From assembly GCA_963706955.1 (NCBI GenBank), contig CAVPOC010000003.1:64001-128000 (forward strand): DNA of 64,000 nucleotides, written 5' to 3'. The notes beneath the pieces are model-generated. The model worked only from the letters and a program-made list of their open reading frames with translations. It had not been told where the DNA came from and made no database searches. Source of the stretch: an uncultured Verrucomicrobiae bacterium. GTDB taxonomy: Bacteria > Verrucomicrobiota > Verrucomicrobiia > Chthoniobacterales > Terrimicrobiaceae. The translations under genes and the position numbers were made by a program. Below are positions 1 to 10,596 of this stretch, piece after piece (the stretch's first letter is position 1; each line of letters begins with the position of its first letter).

Positions 1-216
1 TTTCTGGCGCTCGCCCAGCATTTGCGTGAACTGGCTCCGCAATTCTCCTGCACTGCGGCGCAAGTGGCTATCGCCTGGGTGATCGCAAAACCCGGAATAA
101 CCGTGGTCCTTCCGGGCGCCAAGTCACCCGATCAGATCCGCGCCAATGCCGGAGCAAGCGATATCTCGTTGCCACCAGAGGTTATCGAAAAGCTAGACGA
201 ACTGTCCCAAATCTAG
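1..216 (+). CDS. Aldo/keto reductase, C-terminal part (truncated by window edge)
   Basis: AQVAIAWVIAKPGITVVLPGAKSPDQIRAN is the typical AKR C-terminal motif; the frame is open from the window start. Confidence 0.85.
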   Translation, partial: FLALAQHLRELAPQFSCTAAQVAIAWVIAKPGITVVLPGAKSPDQIRANAGASDISLPPEVIEKLDELSQI

Positions 217-249
217 CGGCGATCTCCCCGCCGCCGAGTCCATCGGCCG

Positions 250-2181
250 TTACCCTTTGTCTCCGGGGCGCCGGGAGCTCTGATGCGCTGTCTCGATGCG
301 CCTATAGCGTTCAACGTCGGCTGCGCGCAGCCCGTCCGGGCGATACTTGACCACAGTGCGATCCAGCATCACGTCAATTCCAGAAAAGTAACCGACACGA
401 TCAAAGAGAACGGTATCCTCTAGCATGGCAAATACGCCAGGAAAGTCGATTTTGAGAGCTGTGGGAAAGCCGTTGTTAACGTAGAGAGGCATACCACGCT
501 CGTCCGCCTCCTTCATGAGGGCTACATATTCGTCGATCGTTTCGGCCCGGCGCACCCTGGGATCATAAACGTAGGGCGGTTGGGTAGTAGCCGCCGTGAT
601 GATGAGGTAATTTTCGGGCGCGTTTGGATCGAGCGTCGGCCGCGTGGCCAGGACCGATTCGCGATAGCGGGCAGCCCCGTTTGTGAGCAGGAATTTTCTG
701 GCCGGATTCGAGAGCACTCCAAAAGCGACCAGGATCAGGAGGGCGAACGCGGGCCCTGCCCACCGAACAGCCCGAAATCTCCATAGCGGAGAGAGCACCC
801 AGAATGCGCCGGCCGCGATCGCTGCGGCAATGCCCTGCAGCATGAAGCCGACATACCATTCCATTAGCATCTTTTTCTGGAATACGGCATAGGCATAGGT
901 CAGCAGTCCGGGCAGAATCAGGACGGTGACAATCCAGTGCCCCCGAGGTTCGACGACGCACAGGCGAACCACCCCTAAAACAAAGAGGAGCAGCGCAACG
1001 GCAACGGCAAGGTAGAAGGGAATGGGATTGGCTTCCGCTATCGGAAGATATTCCATATAGGGGGTGACTGCCTGACCGCTCCTGGTCCAGAGGCTTCCGG
1101 TCAGAAAGAGTGCCCCGACGTTCTTGAGCCAAAACAGGTGTCCGTCAAAATCACGAACGCTTTGCAAGTAACGGAATAGGCCTGGAACGCATGGCAGGAA
1201 CATCTGCAAAAAAATCATGCCAGCCACGACCGAAGCAGCGAGCCAGCGAAGCATTAGAACATTTCTGACCGGAGCAAGCCGGTCGTCCTTAAAAAAGCGA
1301 AGAAGAACGCAGAGGTTCAGGATCAGAACGGAGAAGAGTGTCGGCGGCCATGTGTAAAGGAGTGCAAAATCGGTCGCCGCAAGAGCGATCCACCACCGCC
1401 ACTTTCCGGTATTCAGCGCAGCCACCGCAAAAAGACAGCCGAGAAGAATAAAGAGAGCAACTAATCCGTACCCTCTAGCCTCAGTGGCAAATCGCAAATG
1501 CCAGGGATGCAGCGCGACCAACCATGCCGCGAAAGCCCCCTCCCAAGGGAAACCAAAACGCGCCATCAGCAAGGCGAGCAGCGGCACAATCAAAATTCCT
1601 GCCACGTAACTGGGTAGTCGGATCGCGGCTTCGCTGAGACGAAGTCCGCCAGGCTGTGCAAACCACCTCCAGGCCGAATGGCTCAATCTGGCCAAGACAC
1701 TCTGCAAGACGTGATTGGTCGTGGAAGAGTAGTTCCAAAGAGTGTTTCTCCAGGGGAAGTGCTTGGGTCTGACCTGGCCATCATCATCGACGCGATACCC
1801 TCCAACGATGCATCGGCGCACGCTGTATTCCTCATCCTCCCAAAGACTCTGGCCCAATCGAGGAAGTCCAATCAGGGCACCGGCAGCCATTGCACCGCCG
1901 ACACAAAGCACCAATCCCTTCGGGAGCTTCGGTGGAGGCTGGGCGCGAATCGCGACCGGCAGCGGACGCGCCCACCATCGCGTCGTCACGGCGAGCAAGA
2001 TCAGCGGCACCAAATTGAGAGCGCCCGCCCACCAGGAATAGACGCGCACATAATCTTTCACGTCAACGAGCGTCGGGTTCTCCCAGGGCTTGGGAGCGAC
2101 GAGCAGCGCGACGATCACGCAGGCAACCAGTGTCCAGCAAATGGTGGTAACTCCCAACCAGGATCGAACGCGACCAAGCAC
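250..2181 (-). CDS. Multi-pass membrane GT-C-fold glycosyltransferase-like protein (PMT/ArnT-like)
   Basis: 643 aa with many TM helices; SLWEDEEYS acidic motif in the first loop, RLPS motif and EARGYGL motif. Confidence 0.7.
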   Translation of the reverse strand: MLGRVRSWLGVTTICWTLVACVIVALLVAPKPWENPTLVDVKDYVRVYSWWAGALNLVPLILLAVTTRWWARPLPVAIRAQPPPKLPKGLVLCVGGAMAAGALIGLPRLGQSLWEDEEYSVRRCIVGGYRVDDDGQVRPKHFPWRNTLWNYSSTTNHVLQSVLARLSHSAWRWFAQPGGLRLSEAAIRLPSYVAGILIVPLLALLMARFGFPWEGAFAAWLVALHPWHLRFATEARGYGLVALFILLGCLFAVAALNTGKWRWWIALAATDFALLYTWPPTLFSVLILNLCVLLRFFKDDRLAPVRNVLMLRWLAASVVAGMIFLQMFLPCVPGLFRYLQSVRDFDGHLFWLKNVGALFLTGSLWTRSGQAVTPYMEYLPIAEANPIPFYLAVAVALLLFVLGVVRLCVVEPRGHWIVTVLILPGLLTYAYAVFQKKMLMEWYVGFMLQGIAAAIAAGAFWVLSPLWRFRAVRWAGPAFALLILVAFGVLSNPARKFLLTNGAARYRESVLATRPTLDPNAPENYLIITAATTQPPYVYDPRVRRAETIDEYVALMKEADERGMPLYVNNGFPTALKIDFPGVFAMLEDTVLFDRVGYFSGIDVMLDRTVVKYRPDGLRAADVERYRRIETAHQSSRRPGDKG

Positions 2182-2431
2182 GCCCTACCGATACTCAGGC
2201 TCCACGGACTTTCGAGGACAATCTAGCCGCCTACGTTTGAACATCATCAAGTCGACGGGCGGCCGGCGATGTCTCTGAGGCCGCTCTCCCCTCGTTTGAC
2301 CGGACGAGATCCGTCGACGACTTGCTCAACTCCAGCAAAGAGACTCGCGCCCTCGCAAAGACTGTCGCAAACTGGAGGCACCAAATTGCCTATAACCACA
2401 TATCTACTTTCCAGCCGAAAGATGCTTTGCC

Positions 2432-4589
2432 GTGCAGATCTTTAGATTTCTCGGGAAGATCAGCTCCTGGTTTTTCGTTCGGCTGGCATGTTTTGTCCTG
2501 CTGATCAGCATCGCGCGTGATGCCCCTGGCCGGCTTAAAGGCGCGCTCTGGTTTTTGGCATTTGTCGCAGCGATGTGGGCCTTTTTGGCCTTGCGTCGCG
2601 AAGCGCGAAAAGCCCTCGATTACATCATTCCGAAGATTCAAGACTGGAGCAGTTCGCTGGAAGGCTCTCCGAAGCTTCAAGCCGGTCGCAGGATCATCAG
2701 CTTTCTCTGTATCGGGATCATCATCGCAACTGCACTCGTTCTTGCCTGGCCGACATGGAGCTTCAAGGCCAGCTCGTCGCTTCGCGAAGACGAGATCATG
2801 AGCATCGTGAGATACAGCTCGCGCGGTTTTGTTCCCGCTATCAGCACTTATAATCTCGCCAGAAATCACGTCTTCTACAACGTCGTCAGCTCCCTTATTC
2901 CCGGCGCGAAATCCACCTTGCCCATTCGTGCGCGACTGGTTTCTTTCCTCGCTGTTCTCGCCTCGCTGGCTCTTCTGATCGGCTACAGCGCAACGCGCGG
3001 CTGGACCCTTCCTGGCGTCGCATACGCCGGGCTCCTCGCAGTCAACTTCGGCACGATGAATACTGTGCTCGAGGCACGTGGCTATGGTCTCATCTTCCTG
3101 TTTGCTATGCTTGGTTCCGTGGCCTTTGCGCGGTGGAGTCAAACCCCATCGCGAACGTGGCTTAACGTAATGGTGGTTACTTGTGTTCTCGGAACATACA
3201 CGCTTCCGTTTTACGTAGTGTTCGGAGGTAGCCTCCTTCTTCTGAGCTTTCTCGTTCGCCCCTCGCGGGAGACTTTCTTGGCAGGCTTCTTGAGCCTCGC
3301 AGCGATTGGCCTTCTCTACCTTCCGATCGCCGCCGACATTTTCGAGGTCTTCAGAGGCTATGCGGACCGCTACGAAAAGACGTTCGTCTCCACCTTTGCG
3401 TCGATGGATGGCGTCTTCTTCTCGCTCCAATATTTCATTCCCCACGAGTTGCTTGAAATCGGCCCGCTCAGTTTTGTTCTGCTGGCCCTGGCGACGCTGC
3501 TCTACGTGGCGTTTGCTCGCTTTGCGACAACGGCAGACCGCCTTTCCTTTGCGGGCGTGACAGTTTCTATCGCGGCTTTTCTGGCATTTTGCCTTTACTG
3601 CAAAATTGTTCCCGCGCGAGTTTCTTCGTTCCTCAGTGCTCCATTGGCCTTTCTTGCGCTTCTGGTCACGGGATCGATCCTTACCAGTCGGTCGCTAACA
3701 TCTCTGCGTCCGTTGACTGACGTCTGCTTCACCGCGCTAGTGGTCATCGCCCTTCTGAAATCCGAAGTGGCACAACCTCTCATCCCCCGATCGGACTGGC
3801 GAAGCCTTGGCGTGCTTATCGAGCGTGCTTTCCCGAGCAACATCGCGCATCTTCATGGTCGGAGACAATCCGGCTCTATTGCAATGGAACTTATCAACGC
3901 GAACTAAGCCTAGCGCCGATCCCTTCGACCGCGAATCGATGGACGAGGGAAAACTGGTCGCCGTGGAGGGTTACACCAAATCGTCGGATAAAGACCGACG
4001 CTTTCGCTGGGAAGACCTGCCGGGAAACGTCCGCTTTGTAACCAGCCCAATCGGCTTAAATTACCACCGGGTCTTCTTCGTTCCACCGCGCGAATCTCGG
4101 ATCGCCTCCGTTCGCGTCAACGATCAAGAGATCGAGTTACCCAATTCTGGAAGGCAGCCATCGGATCGCGCTCTCCTCGTTCACTCCTTCGGCCACGGAG
4201 ATGTTCTCGCGCCGACAAGCCTCGACGAAACTGGTGCAACGCAGCCGAATTTCGCCCGCCCATTTCAGATCCAGCTTCCGGCGACCATCACCATTGAGCT
4301 GGAACCGAACGCGCCAGCGGGCACTTGCAATTTCCTATTTACCCAGGGATTGCAGGATAAAAGGCTGCACGCCAGAACGAGAAGTCCGGGTGGTGGCTGG
4401 CGGAAAACGGCCAACGTTTTCGTTCTCGGGGAATTGGCCAGCGTTGCGCTCGACCGAAAGGGCTGCGAAGCCATTCAGCTTTCCATCGAAAGCCAGCCGG
4501 GCGCCGCCCAAGAACTCCCCGACGGAGAACGCCCGCCATTCGGACTCCTTAATGCCTGGGTCGCCCAAGGGAAAGATCGCCTGCCTTAG
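2432..4589 (+). CDS. Multi-pass membrane GT-C-fold glycosyltransferase-like protein with soluble C-terminal extension (frameshift near 3845)
   Basis: LREDEIMS, NHVFY and EARGYGL motifs parallel the divergent neighbour; ORFs 2432-3907 and 3807-4589 join by a 1-nt shift (FPSNI/RIFMVGDNP). Confidence 0.65.
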
Positions 4590-4732
4590 CTAGGTTGAGC
4601 CACAGGAGAGTCCCAAGTTGCTTTACACGCAAACAGCATCTTCAGTAGTCTTGGGTCTTAGACCCTGTGCGGGCGAATCCCTGCGCAAGATGGTCTCCTT
4701 ATCAATTCACTCCAATAACCAGTTTCATCGTT

Positions 4733-5218
4733 ATGGACACCGAACTCGGTCGAACTGTGATCTCCGCGCTTTCAGCCCTCTCAGGAATGGTGATAGCGTA
4801 CAGATCGAGATCTGAAAGCAACAAAGTCCTGGCGGAGCAGGAAGTCGGCCCGGTCAGCGCCTCCACGACCGATCCGTGGCGGTGGCGTGCAGACACTCAC
4901 CTGATCTCACCAGATGAGCTCGATCAAATCGTCTCGAAAGCGGAGGCCTCGGCAGAGGCCGGGCAAGCGCTCGCTTCGATCATGCCGGACGACTTGCTTC
5001 GCGAGATCCTCGAGCACATCGATAGCGAAACCGCCAGGCTGCAGGAATCAATCGCCGATCCGTCGAGATCGAAGGCTCGCCGGCAGCGCGATGTCGATCA
5101 TGCGGACGCTGAGATTTGCGTTGAGTTGCAAACAATCAAGAGGCACCACAACAACATCATCCCCGACGTGCCCCAGCGCGCTCTCGCCAAACTTTGGCAA
5201 CAGCATCGCTGCCAATAG
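4733..5218 (+). CDS. Hypothetical protein
   Basis: 161-aa ORF from ATG 4733 fills the gap between genes; short hydrophobic N-terminus and helical body; family not recognised. Confidence 0.55.
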   Translation: MDTELGRTVISALSALSGMVIAYRSRSESNKVLAEQEVGPVSASTTDPWRWRADTHLISPDELDQIVSKAEASAEAGQALASIMPDDLLREILEHIDSETARLQESIADPSRSKARRQRDVDHADAEICVELQTIKRHHNNIIPDVPQRALAKLWQQHRCQ

Positions 5219-5305
5219 CTCAAGCATTCGCGCTTTCAACACACTGGCAGACTTTGGTAGACGCCGCTTTGGCACGCTAACCCTAGAAACTGGACTCCGT
5301 TGAGC

Positions 5306-6128
5306 ATGGAGGAGATTAGGATCAACAAAGATACGCAGCTCTGCATGTCGCTGGCGGCGCGTCCTGGCAATTTTGGGACACGATTCCACAATTTTCTCTA
5401 TCGAGAGCTGGGGCTAAATTATATTTACAAGGCGTTCACGACGCGCGATCTCGCCGCGGCCATTGGCGGAATCCGCGCTTTGGGTATCCGTGGATGCGCC
5501 ATCTCGATGCCGTTCAAAGAGGCATGCATCCAATATCTGGACGAGCTGGATTCCTCCGCGCGTGGGATCATGTCCGTGAACACCATCGTAAACTCCGATG
5601 GTTACTTGAAGGCCTTTAATACCGACTACACGGCCGTTTTCACGTTGATCGCGTCAGCACGAATTCCTGAGACAACCAGGTTTGCGCTCCGCGGCAGCGG
5701 CGGGATGGCGAAAGCTGTCGCCTGCGCGCTGAAGGATGCGGGATTCGCGAATGGTACTATCGTCGCGCGCAATGAAAAATGCCGGAGCCGCCCTGGCTGA
5801 GCAGTATGGCTTTGCCTGGAAGAGGGAACTCGAAAATGAAACACCCGGGCTGTTGCTCAATGTAACTCCGATCGGGATGGCGGGGGGGACCGAAGCCGAT
5901 CAGCTCGCCTTCTCCGAAGAGTTGATTCGCGCGGCCCAAATGGTCTTCGATGTCGTGGCCCTTCCCCCAGAAACACCGCTCATTCGGTTGGCAAACAAAT
6001 TGGGAAAGAAGACGATCAGCGGTGCCGAGGTGATTGCGCTTCAAGCCGTCGAACAATTTGTGCTTTACACCGGCGTCCGACCGGAGACTGAGCTGGTCAA
6101 AAAGGCGGCCGCCTTTGCCAGCGCTTAG
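5306..6128 (+). CDS. Shikimate dehydrogenase-like protein (SdhL/HI0607 type), frameshift near 5778
   Basis: SMPFK, SVNTIVN, NTDY, GSGGMAKA, NVTPIGM and QAVEQF motifs; two ORFs join at the A-run AATGAAAAATGCC. Confidence 0.9.
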
Positions 6129-6158
6129 AACTCAACATCCCTTTCATCAAGAACCTCG

Positions 6159-7185
6159 ATGAGCCAAGCCACACGAGTTGGGATATTAGCTGGCGGAAAC
6201 TGGATCGTCGATCACACCAAGATCATCGATGGCTATCCGCCTCAGGATACTCTCGCAAGCAATCCTGTCGCAAACCTCCAGCAATGGAGGTGGACCTTAC
6301 AATGTGGTGATCGATTTGGCGCACCTCGAAGCCCCCTTTCCGCTCGAAGCCATTGGACTCGTCGGCGATGACGCCGAGGGAGAGTACATTCGGAGCGACT
6401 GCCGGTCACACAAGATAGACGTGCATCAATTGCAGATGACCAAGGAAGCGCCTACCTCCTATACCGACGTGATGACCGTGAAATCCACCGGAAGGCGCAC
6501 CTTCTTCCACCAGCGCGGCGCCAACGCCTTTCTCGACGCGCCTCATTTTGATTTCACCCAGAGCAACGCGCGCATCTTTCACCTCGGTTATCTGCTGCTG
6601 CTCGATCGCCTCGACCAACCGGACCCTCGTTACGGAACCGTCGCGGCATCCGTGCTCCAACGTGCCCAGGCCGCCGGGTTCAAGACCAGCGTGGACGTGG
6701 TGAGTGTGGAAAGTGACCGCTTTGCCGACATTGTGCTGCCGGCGCTGCGCTTCTGTGACTATTGCATTCTGAACGAATTGGAGGCGGAGCGGACAACCGG
6801 AGTTACCATCATCAAGGAAGGTATCGTTGATCTCTCCGCCGCTCGTGTCGCTGCTCGCCAACTCGTCGATGCGGGTGTGCGCGAATGGGTCGTCATCCAC
6901 TTTCCTTACGGCGCAATCGCCGTGAATGGTCAAAACAATCAACTCGTGCAGCCAAGCGTCAACATGCCGCAGGCCTCGATTGGCGGGACCACCGGTGCGG
7001 GCGACGCCTTTGCCGCAGGAATTCTCCTCGGCCTGCACGAAAACGCTCCAATGGAGACCGCCCTGCGCTACGGAGTCTGCACCGCTGCTGCCTCGCTTAC
7101 CGATCCCAGCAGTTCAGACGGAGTCGTTCCTCTCAGGGAGTGCCTCGCTTTGGCGGAAAAGCACGGCTATCGCGATTTAGGATGA
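6159..7185 (+). CDS. PfkB-family carbohydrate kinase, frameshift near 6260
   Basis: N-terminal GGNWIVD, GGGPYN, G.VGDD..G and the C-terminal TTGAGDAFAAG PfkB signature. Confidence 0.9.
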
Positions 7186-8216
7186 ACAAGACGCTCGATA
7201 TCAAAATCGCCGACATTCTGCAAAATCCCTCGAGCAGCAAAGCGTTCATCATTGCTGATGCCAAGGATGCTGACATGGCGTTCGGAGTTGCCGCACCCGG
7301 CCCTCGCGGCAGCCCGAAGGCAAACGATTACGATACCGACTGGAAAACTTTGGAAGACTTTCGTGCTCAGATTCGCGATGTCATTCGCCAGGGGATTGTC
7401 GACATTGTCCTACTCTCGGCATCAAACGTGGAGGTGCTGGCAATGGAGGAGCGCCTCTTCGAGAACTCCGGGGTCACTCCGGCGGCCCGCGCAAACGACA
7501 CCTCAGACATCTGGGCGGTTAGGGGCGGCAAGTACCCGCGCGAGGCTTCGCGATCGTTCCGCACTGCAACCCTCGACCATATCATGTACGGGCATCTTGA
7601 TCCGAAGCCCGGTGAGAAAATTATCGGCGCCGATCTGGGTCTCTATTCGATCACCTTCACCAATGATTTGGCTGCGGAGCACTACGCGTTGCGCGAATTC
7701 CACGAGTTTCGCCTCGAGGCGGAGCGCAAGGGGTTTCGCTATTTTCTGGAAGTCTTTAATCCGAACATTGAACCGGGAATCGTCGAGACTGAAATTCCGG
7801 CCTTCGTCAATGATCACGTCATCCGTTCGCTAGCCGGCGTCACCGGACGCGGACGGCCGCTTTTCTTAAAGATTGCGTATAATGGTCCGAAGGCCCTCGC
7901 CGAGCTAGTCAGCTACGATCCACACCTGGTTGTCGGAATTCTCGGAGGCAGCGCCGGCACAACCTACGACGCCTTTAAGCTCATCGCCGACGCACAAACC
8001 TATGGCGCGCGCGTGGCCCTCTTCGGGCGAAAAATTAATCTTTCCGAAGATCCCCTTACCTTCATCGAGATGCTGCGGCACATCGTCGATCACGAGATTA
8101 CCGCCGAGGAAGCTGTCAAAGCGTACCATGGCGCACTCGAGGAGCTTGGCATTCGGCCGTTCCGTGAGCTCGCCGACGACATGAAGCTGACGGGAACCAT
8201 GATGCGCTACCGCTAG
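7182..8216 (+). CDS. Uncharacterised class I aldolase-like TIM-barrel protein
   Basis: ATGA overlap with the kinase stop; FLEVF, FLKIAY (candidate Schiff-base Lys), ILGGSAG and LFGRKI spaced like LacD/DeoC-type barrels. Confidence 0.6.
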   Translation: MNKTLDIKIADILQNPSSSKAFIIADAKDADMAFGVAAPGPRGSPKANDYDTDWKTLEDFRAQIRDVIRQGIVDIVLLSASNVEVLAMEERLFENSGVTPAARANDTSDIWAVRGGKYPREASRSFRTATLDHIMYGHLDPKPGEKIIGADLGLYSITFTNDLAAEHYALREFHEFRLEAERKGFRYFLEVFNPNIEPGIVETEIPAFVNDHVIRSLAGVTGRGRPLFLKIAYNGPKALAELVSYDPHLVVGILGGSAGTTYDAFKLIADAQTYGARVALFGRKINLSEDPLTFIEMLRHIVDHEITAEEAVKAYHGALEELGIRPFRELADDMKLTGTMMRYR

Positions 8217-8230
8217 GAATTCTTGCGGCG

Positions 8231-8998
8231 CTACGCCGCTCCCGAAACGTCCGGCTTCTCCAATCGCTCCTGAATCTCCTTGCATAAGGCGCTGTACGCC
8301 TGGGCGACCGGAAGCTTGGGCGCGTAAGCCAGAACCGGCATTCGGCGAAGTCCCATCTTCTCAATCTCGACAGTGAAAGGGATCACCGTGCGAAGGAACA
8401 TGGGATAACGCTCCGGCAAGTGCGCAATCGTTTCCTGGTGAATGCGGCTCCGTTTTTGGGCCATCGAGAAGAATGGGACGATGATCTCTGTCGGTAATTC
8501 CACTTCTTTGAAGAAATCCACGAGCTGTTCGAGGGTGCGCTCCGAGAGCGGCGTTGGGATCACCGGCACCAAGATCATACTCGAAGCGCGAAAGACGTTC
8601 TCAGACAGCAAGGTGATGTTCGGCGGGCAGTCTAGAACGATGAAATCGTAGTCCACGCCGAGATCGTCGAGAAGCCAGCGAAGTTGCTTGCGAGACTTGC
8701 GCATCCGATCCAACGCGATGTCCAAATTCCGATAGGCAAGATTGGATGGCAGAATATCCAGTCCTGGATAGTCGGATTCGCGGATATTGCGCTGGAAACC
8801 GGCATCGGTGAGCTCATCCAACTCCAACTCAAATTCAGCTGCGGGGCTGACACGGAAGAAAAATGCGGCGGCACCCTGCGGGTCGAGGTCCACCAAAAGC
8901 GTGCGCTTGCCGGCTTGTTGCAGAGCGTAAGCCAGGTTGACAGAGAGTGCCGTTTTGCCAACTCCGCCTTTGATGCTATAGGCGGACACTATCTTCAT
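8231..8998 (-). CDS. ParA/MinD-family ATPase (orphan, no ParB adjacent)
   Basis: Deviant Walker A KGGVGKT, LLVDLDPQG and Walker B IVLDCPP. Confidence 0.92.
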   Translation of the reverse strand: MKIVSAYSIKGGVGKTALSVNLAYALQQAGKRTLLVDLDPQGAAAFFFRVSPAAEFELELDELTDAGFQRNIRESDYPGLDILPSNLAYRNLDIALDRMRKSRKQLRWLLDDLGVDYDFIVLDCPPNITLLSENVFRASSMILVPVIPTPLSERTLEQLVDFFKEVELPTEIIVPFFSMAQKRSRIHQETIAHLPERYPMFLRTVIPFTVEIEKMGLRRMPVLAYAPKLPVAQAYSALCKEIQERLEKPDVSGAA

Positions 8999-10596
8999 GC
9001 GGCCTTGGAATCTTCGGCTGAGCCGGAGCCCAATTTCGCAGAATCCACACAGACGGCCTTGACTGCTCGAGCAATTTGCGGCGAGCAGAAATCGTCCAAG
9101 GTGTTGTGGAAACGGTTCCGCTCTTCCTGCTGGTCGTGATAGAGAAGTGCGACGAGCCCGCCAATGCAGAGGGCGAGACCCTCATGAGGACCGCTCGCCT
9201 GACGTTTGCGTTCCCAATATTGGAGGAGAGAGCGCTGCTGGACGGAGCAATCATTGAAGACCCCGAGACACGTTTGAAGGCGCCGCAGCTGTTTCTCGAT
9301 CTGTTCGGTCTCGCCTTCGGGCAAGAGCTCACTGAAGAATTCAATCAGGTAACGCAGTTTTTTGCAGTGGATGCGCACTTTGTGCAAGACTTCGTCGGGC
9401 GTGTCGCTTCCCAAGCCACGTTCGATCTTGAGAATTCGCTTGTAACGTTTGTAGATCCGCCCGGCGATGAGCGGGCCGGCAGGTTCCCGGGAGACTTCGG
9501 TCTCGAGAATATCGGTCGGCGCCGAGAAAAATCGCTCCACTTTCTCGATGCTGGCGCGGTACTCGGTCGAGCTTAGATCGCGAACAACCCTCCTGAGCGC
9601 ACGGCGCCGCTCCCGTCCAAAGTCGTGAAAGACTTCTTGCAGGGGCGCTCTCAGGGCTTCGGGAAGCATCCGCGTGTACTCGTCTCGGGCCAGAAGATAG
9701 ACGTCGAGATCTCGCAGTTTGTTGGTCGCGTCGCAAAAGCGCGCAAACAATGCTTTCAGCTCGTTCGTCTTTTCCTCGGGGTAGATGCCCTTCAGCAAGC
9801 TCAACACCGATCGGATCTTGCGCATGCAGATGCGATAATCGTGCAGGAACTCGGTATCGATATCCTCCTTTATGCCGGTTTCATTCTCGCGCGCGATCGC
9901 CAGCATCCGGTGAATGATTCGGCGCGCCGTCTCGCGCACTGGCAGATCCGGCCGCAAATCGAACGAAGGCCGCAATGTGTAGTGTCGGGGTGGCGATTCC
10001 TGCTCTCTTAGAAAAATTGCCAGCGGGCCTTCACTAATTTCCCTGGCACCCAGCGTTCGCAAAATCTCGATCGCCTTGGCCGCTTCGGCTTCATAGCCCC
10101 TGAGAGGACGAAAGTGGCACAGGCGGTAGAAGGGCTCTGCGGCCCCGTCCTCAGGAAACAAAGCAGTCAGATCGAACCGGAAAACCGTCTTCTCTTCTCG
10201 ATTGAGCAATTCCACGGGCTGCTCCTGGACCCAGAACCGCGCAACGCGCATCAGAGCGCGAATACCGACGAACGGCTCCAGCTCCCGGCGTAGATCTCCT
10301 TCCGGAAACTCCCCTACAAATCGCGGGACCCGGCGTGCCGCCATTGGCGTGGCACGTCGCAGATCACCAATCCAATCATGATCCCGCTCACAAAGGCAGA
10401 GTTGTCCTTCGGACTGGTAGAGCAACCGCTGGCCAAACCAGATTCCCCACTCGAAAGTGTCGTAAAAGGTCGCTTTGGCCCGGACAACCTCTCCTAGCCG
10501 AATACCGAACGTTGGCTCCAAGGCGGCACAGAGACCTTCACTCTCCAATTCCGCAGGGATTTGACAGTTTTTCTGGGTGACTCGCTCACTCTCCAA
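8995..10596 (-). CDS. CHAD-domain protein with CYTH-like N-terminal region
   Basis: CHAD motifs LHDYRICMRKIRS, LRDLDV, LHKVRIHCKKLRY and LGVFND; N-terminal TFYDTF resembles the CYTH YxDT motif. Confidence 0.9.
   Translation of the reverse strand: MESERVTQKNCQIPAELESEGLCAALEPTFGIRLGEVVRAKATFYDTFEWGIWFGQRLLYQSEGQLCLCERDHDWIGDLRRATPMAARRVPRFVGEFPEGDLRRELEPFVGIRALMRVARFWVQEQPVELLNREEKTVFRFDLTALFPEDGAAEPFYRLCHFRPLRGYEAEAAKAIEILRTLGAREISEGPLAIFLREQESPPRHYTLRPSFDLRPDLPVRETARRIIHRMLAIARENETGIKEDIDTEFLHDYRICMRKIRSVLSLLKGIYPEEKTNELKALFARFCDATNKLRDLDVYLLARDEYTRMLPEALRAPLQEVFHDFGRERRRALRRVVRDLSSTEYRASIEKVERFFSAPTDILETEVSREPAGPLIAGRIYKRYKRILKIERGLGSDTPDEVLHKVRIHCKKLRYLIEFFSELLPEGETEQIEKQLRRLQTCLGVFNDCSVQQRSLLQYWERKRQASGPHEGLALCIGGLVALLYHDQQEERNRFHNTLDDFCSPQIARAVKAVCVDSAKLGSGSAEDSKAA

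Noticed and set aside
2390..3445. 351-aa minus-strand ORF, and similar long antisense ORFs at 33874-35025, 47131-48060, 21759-22550 and 63139-63690
   Set aside because: They are shadow frames opposite well-supported genes and have no recognisable motifs.
6885..7181. Extended N-termini given by the ORF track (also 11766, 21510, 32421, 37192, 52230, 54243, 59970)
   Set aside because: The extensions overlap upstream genes or regulatory DNA; internal starts fit family boundaries and stop/start overlaps.
8231..8998. ParA as evidence of a plasmid or chromosome partition locus
   Set aside because: No parB, rep gene or parS-like repeats lie nearby; the context is chromosomal metabolic genes.
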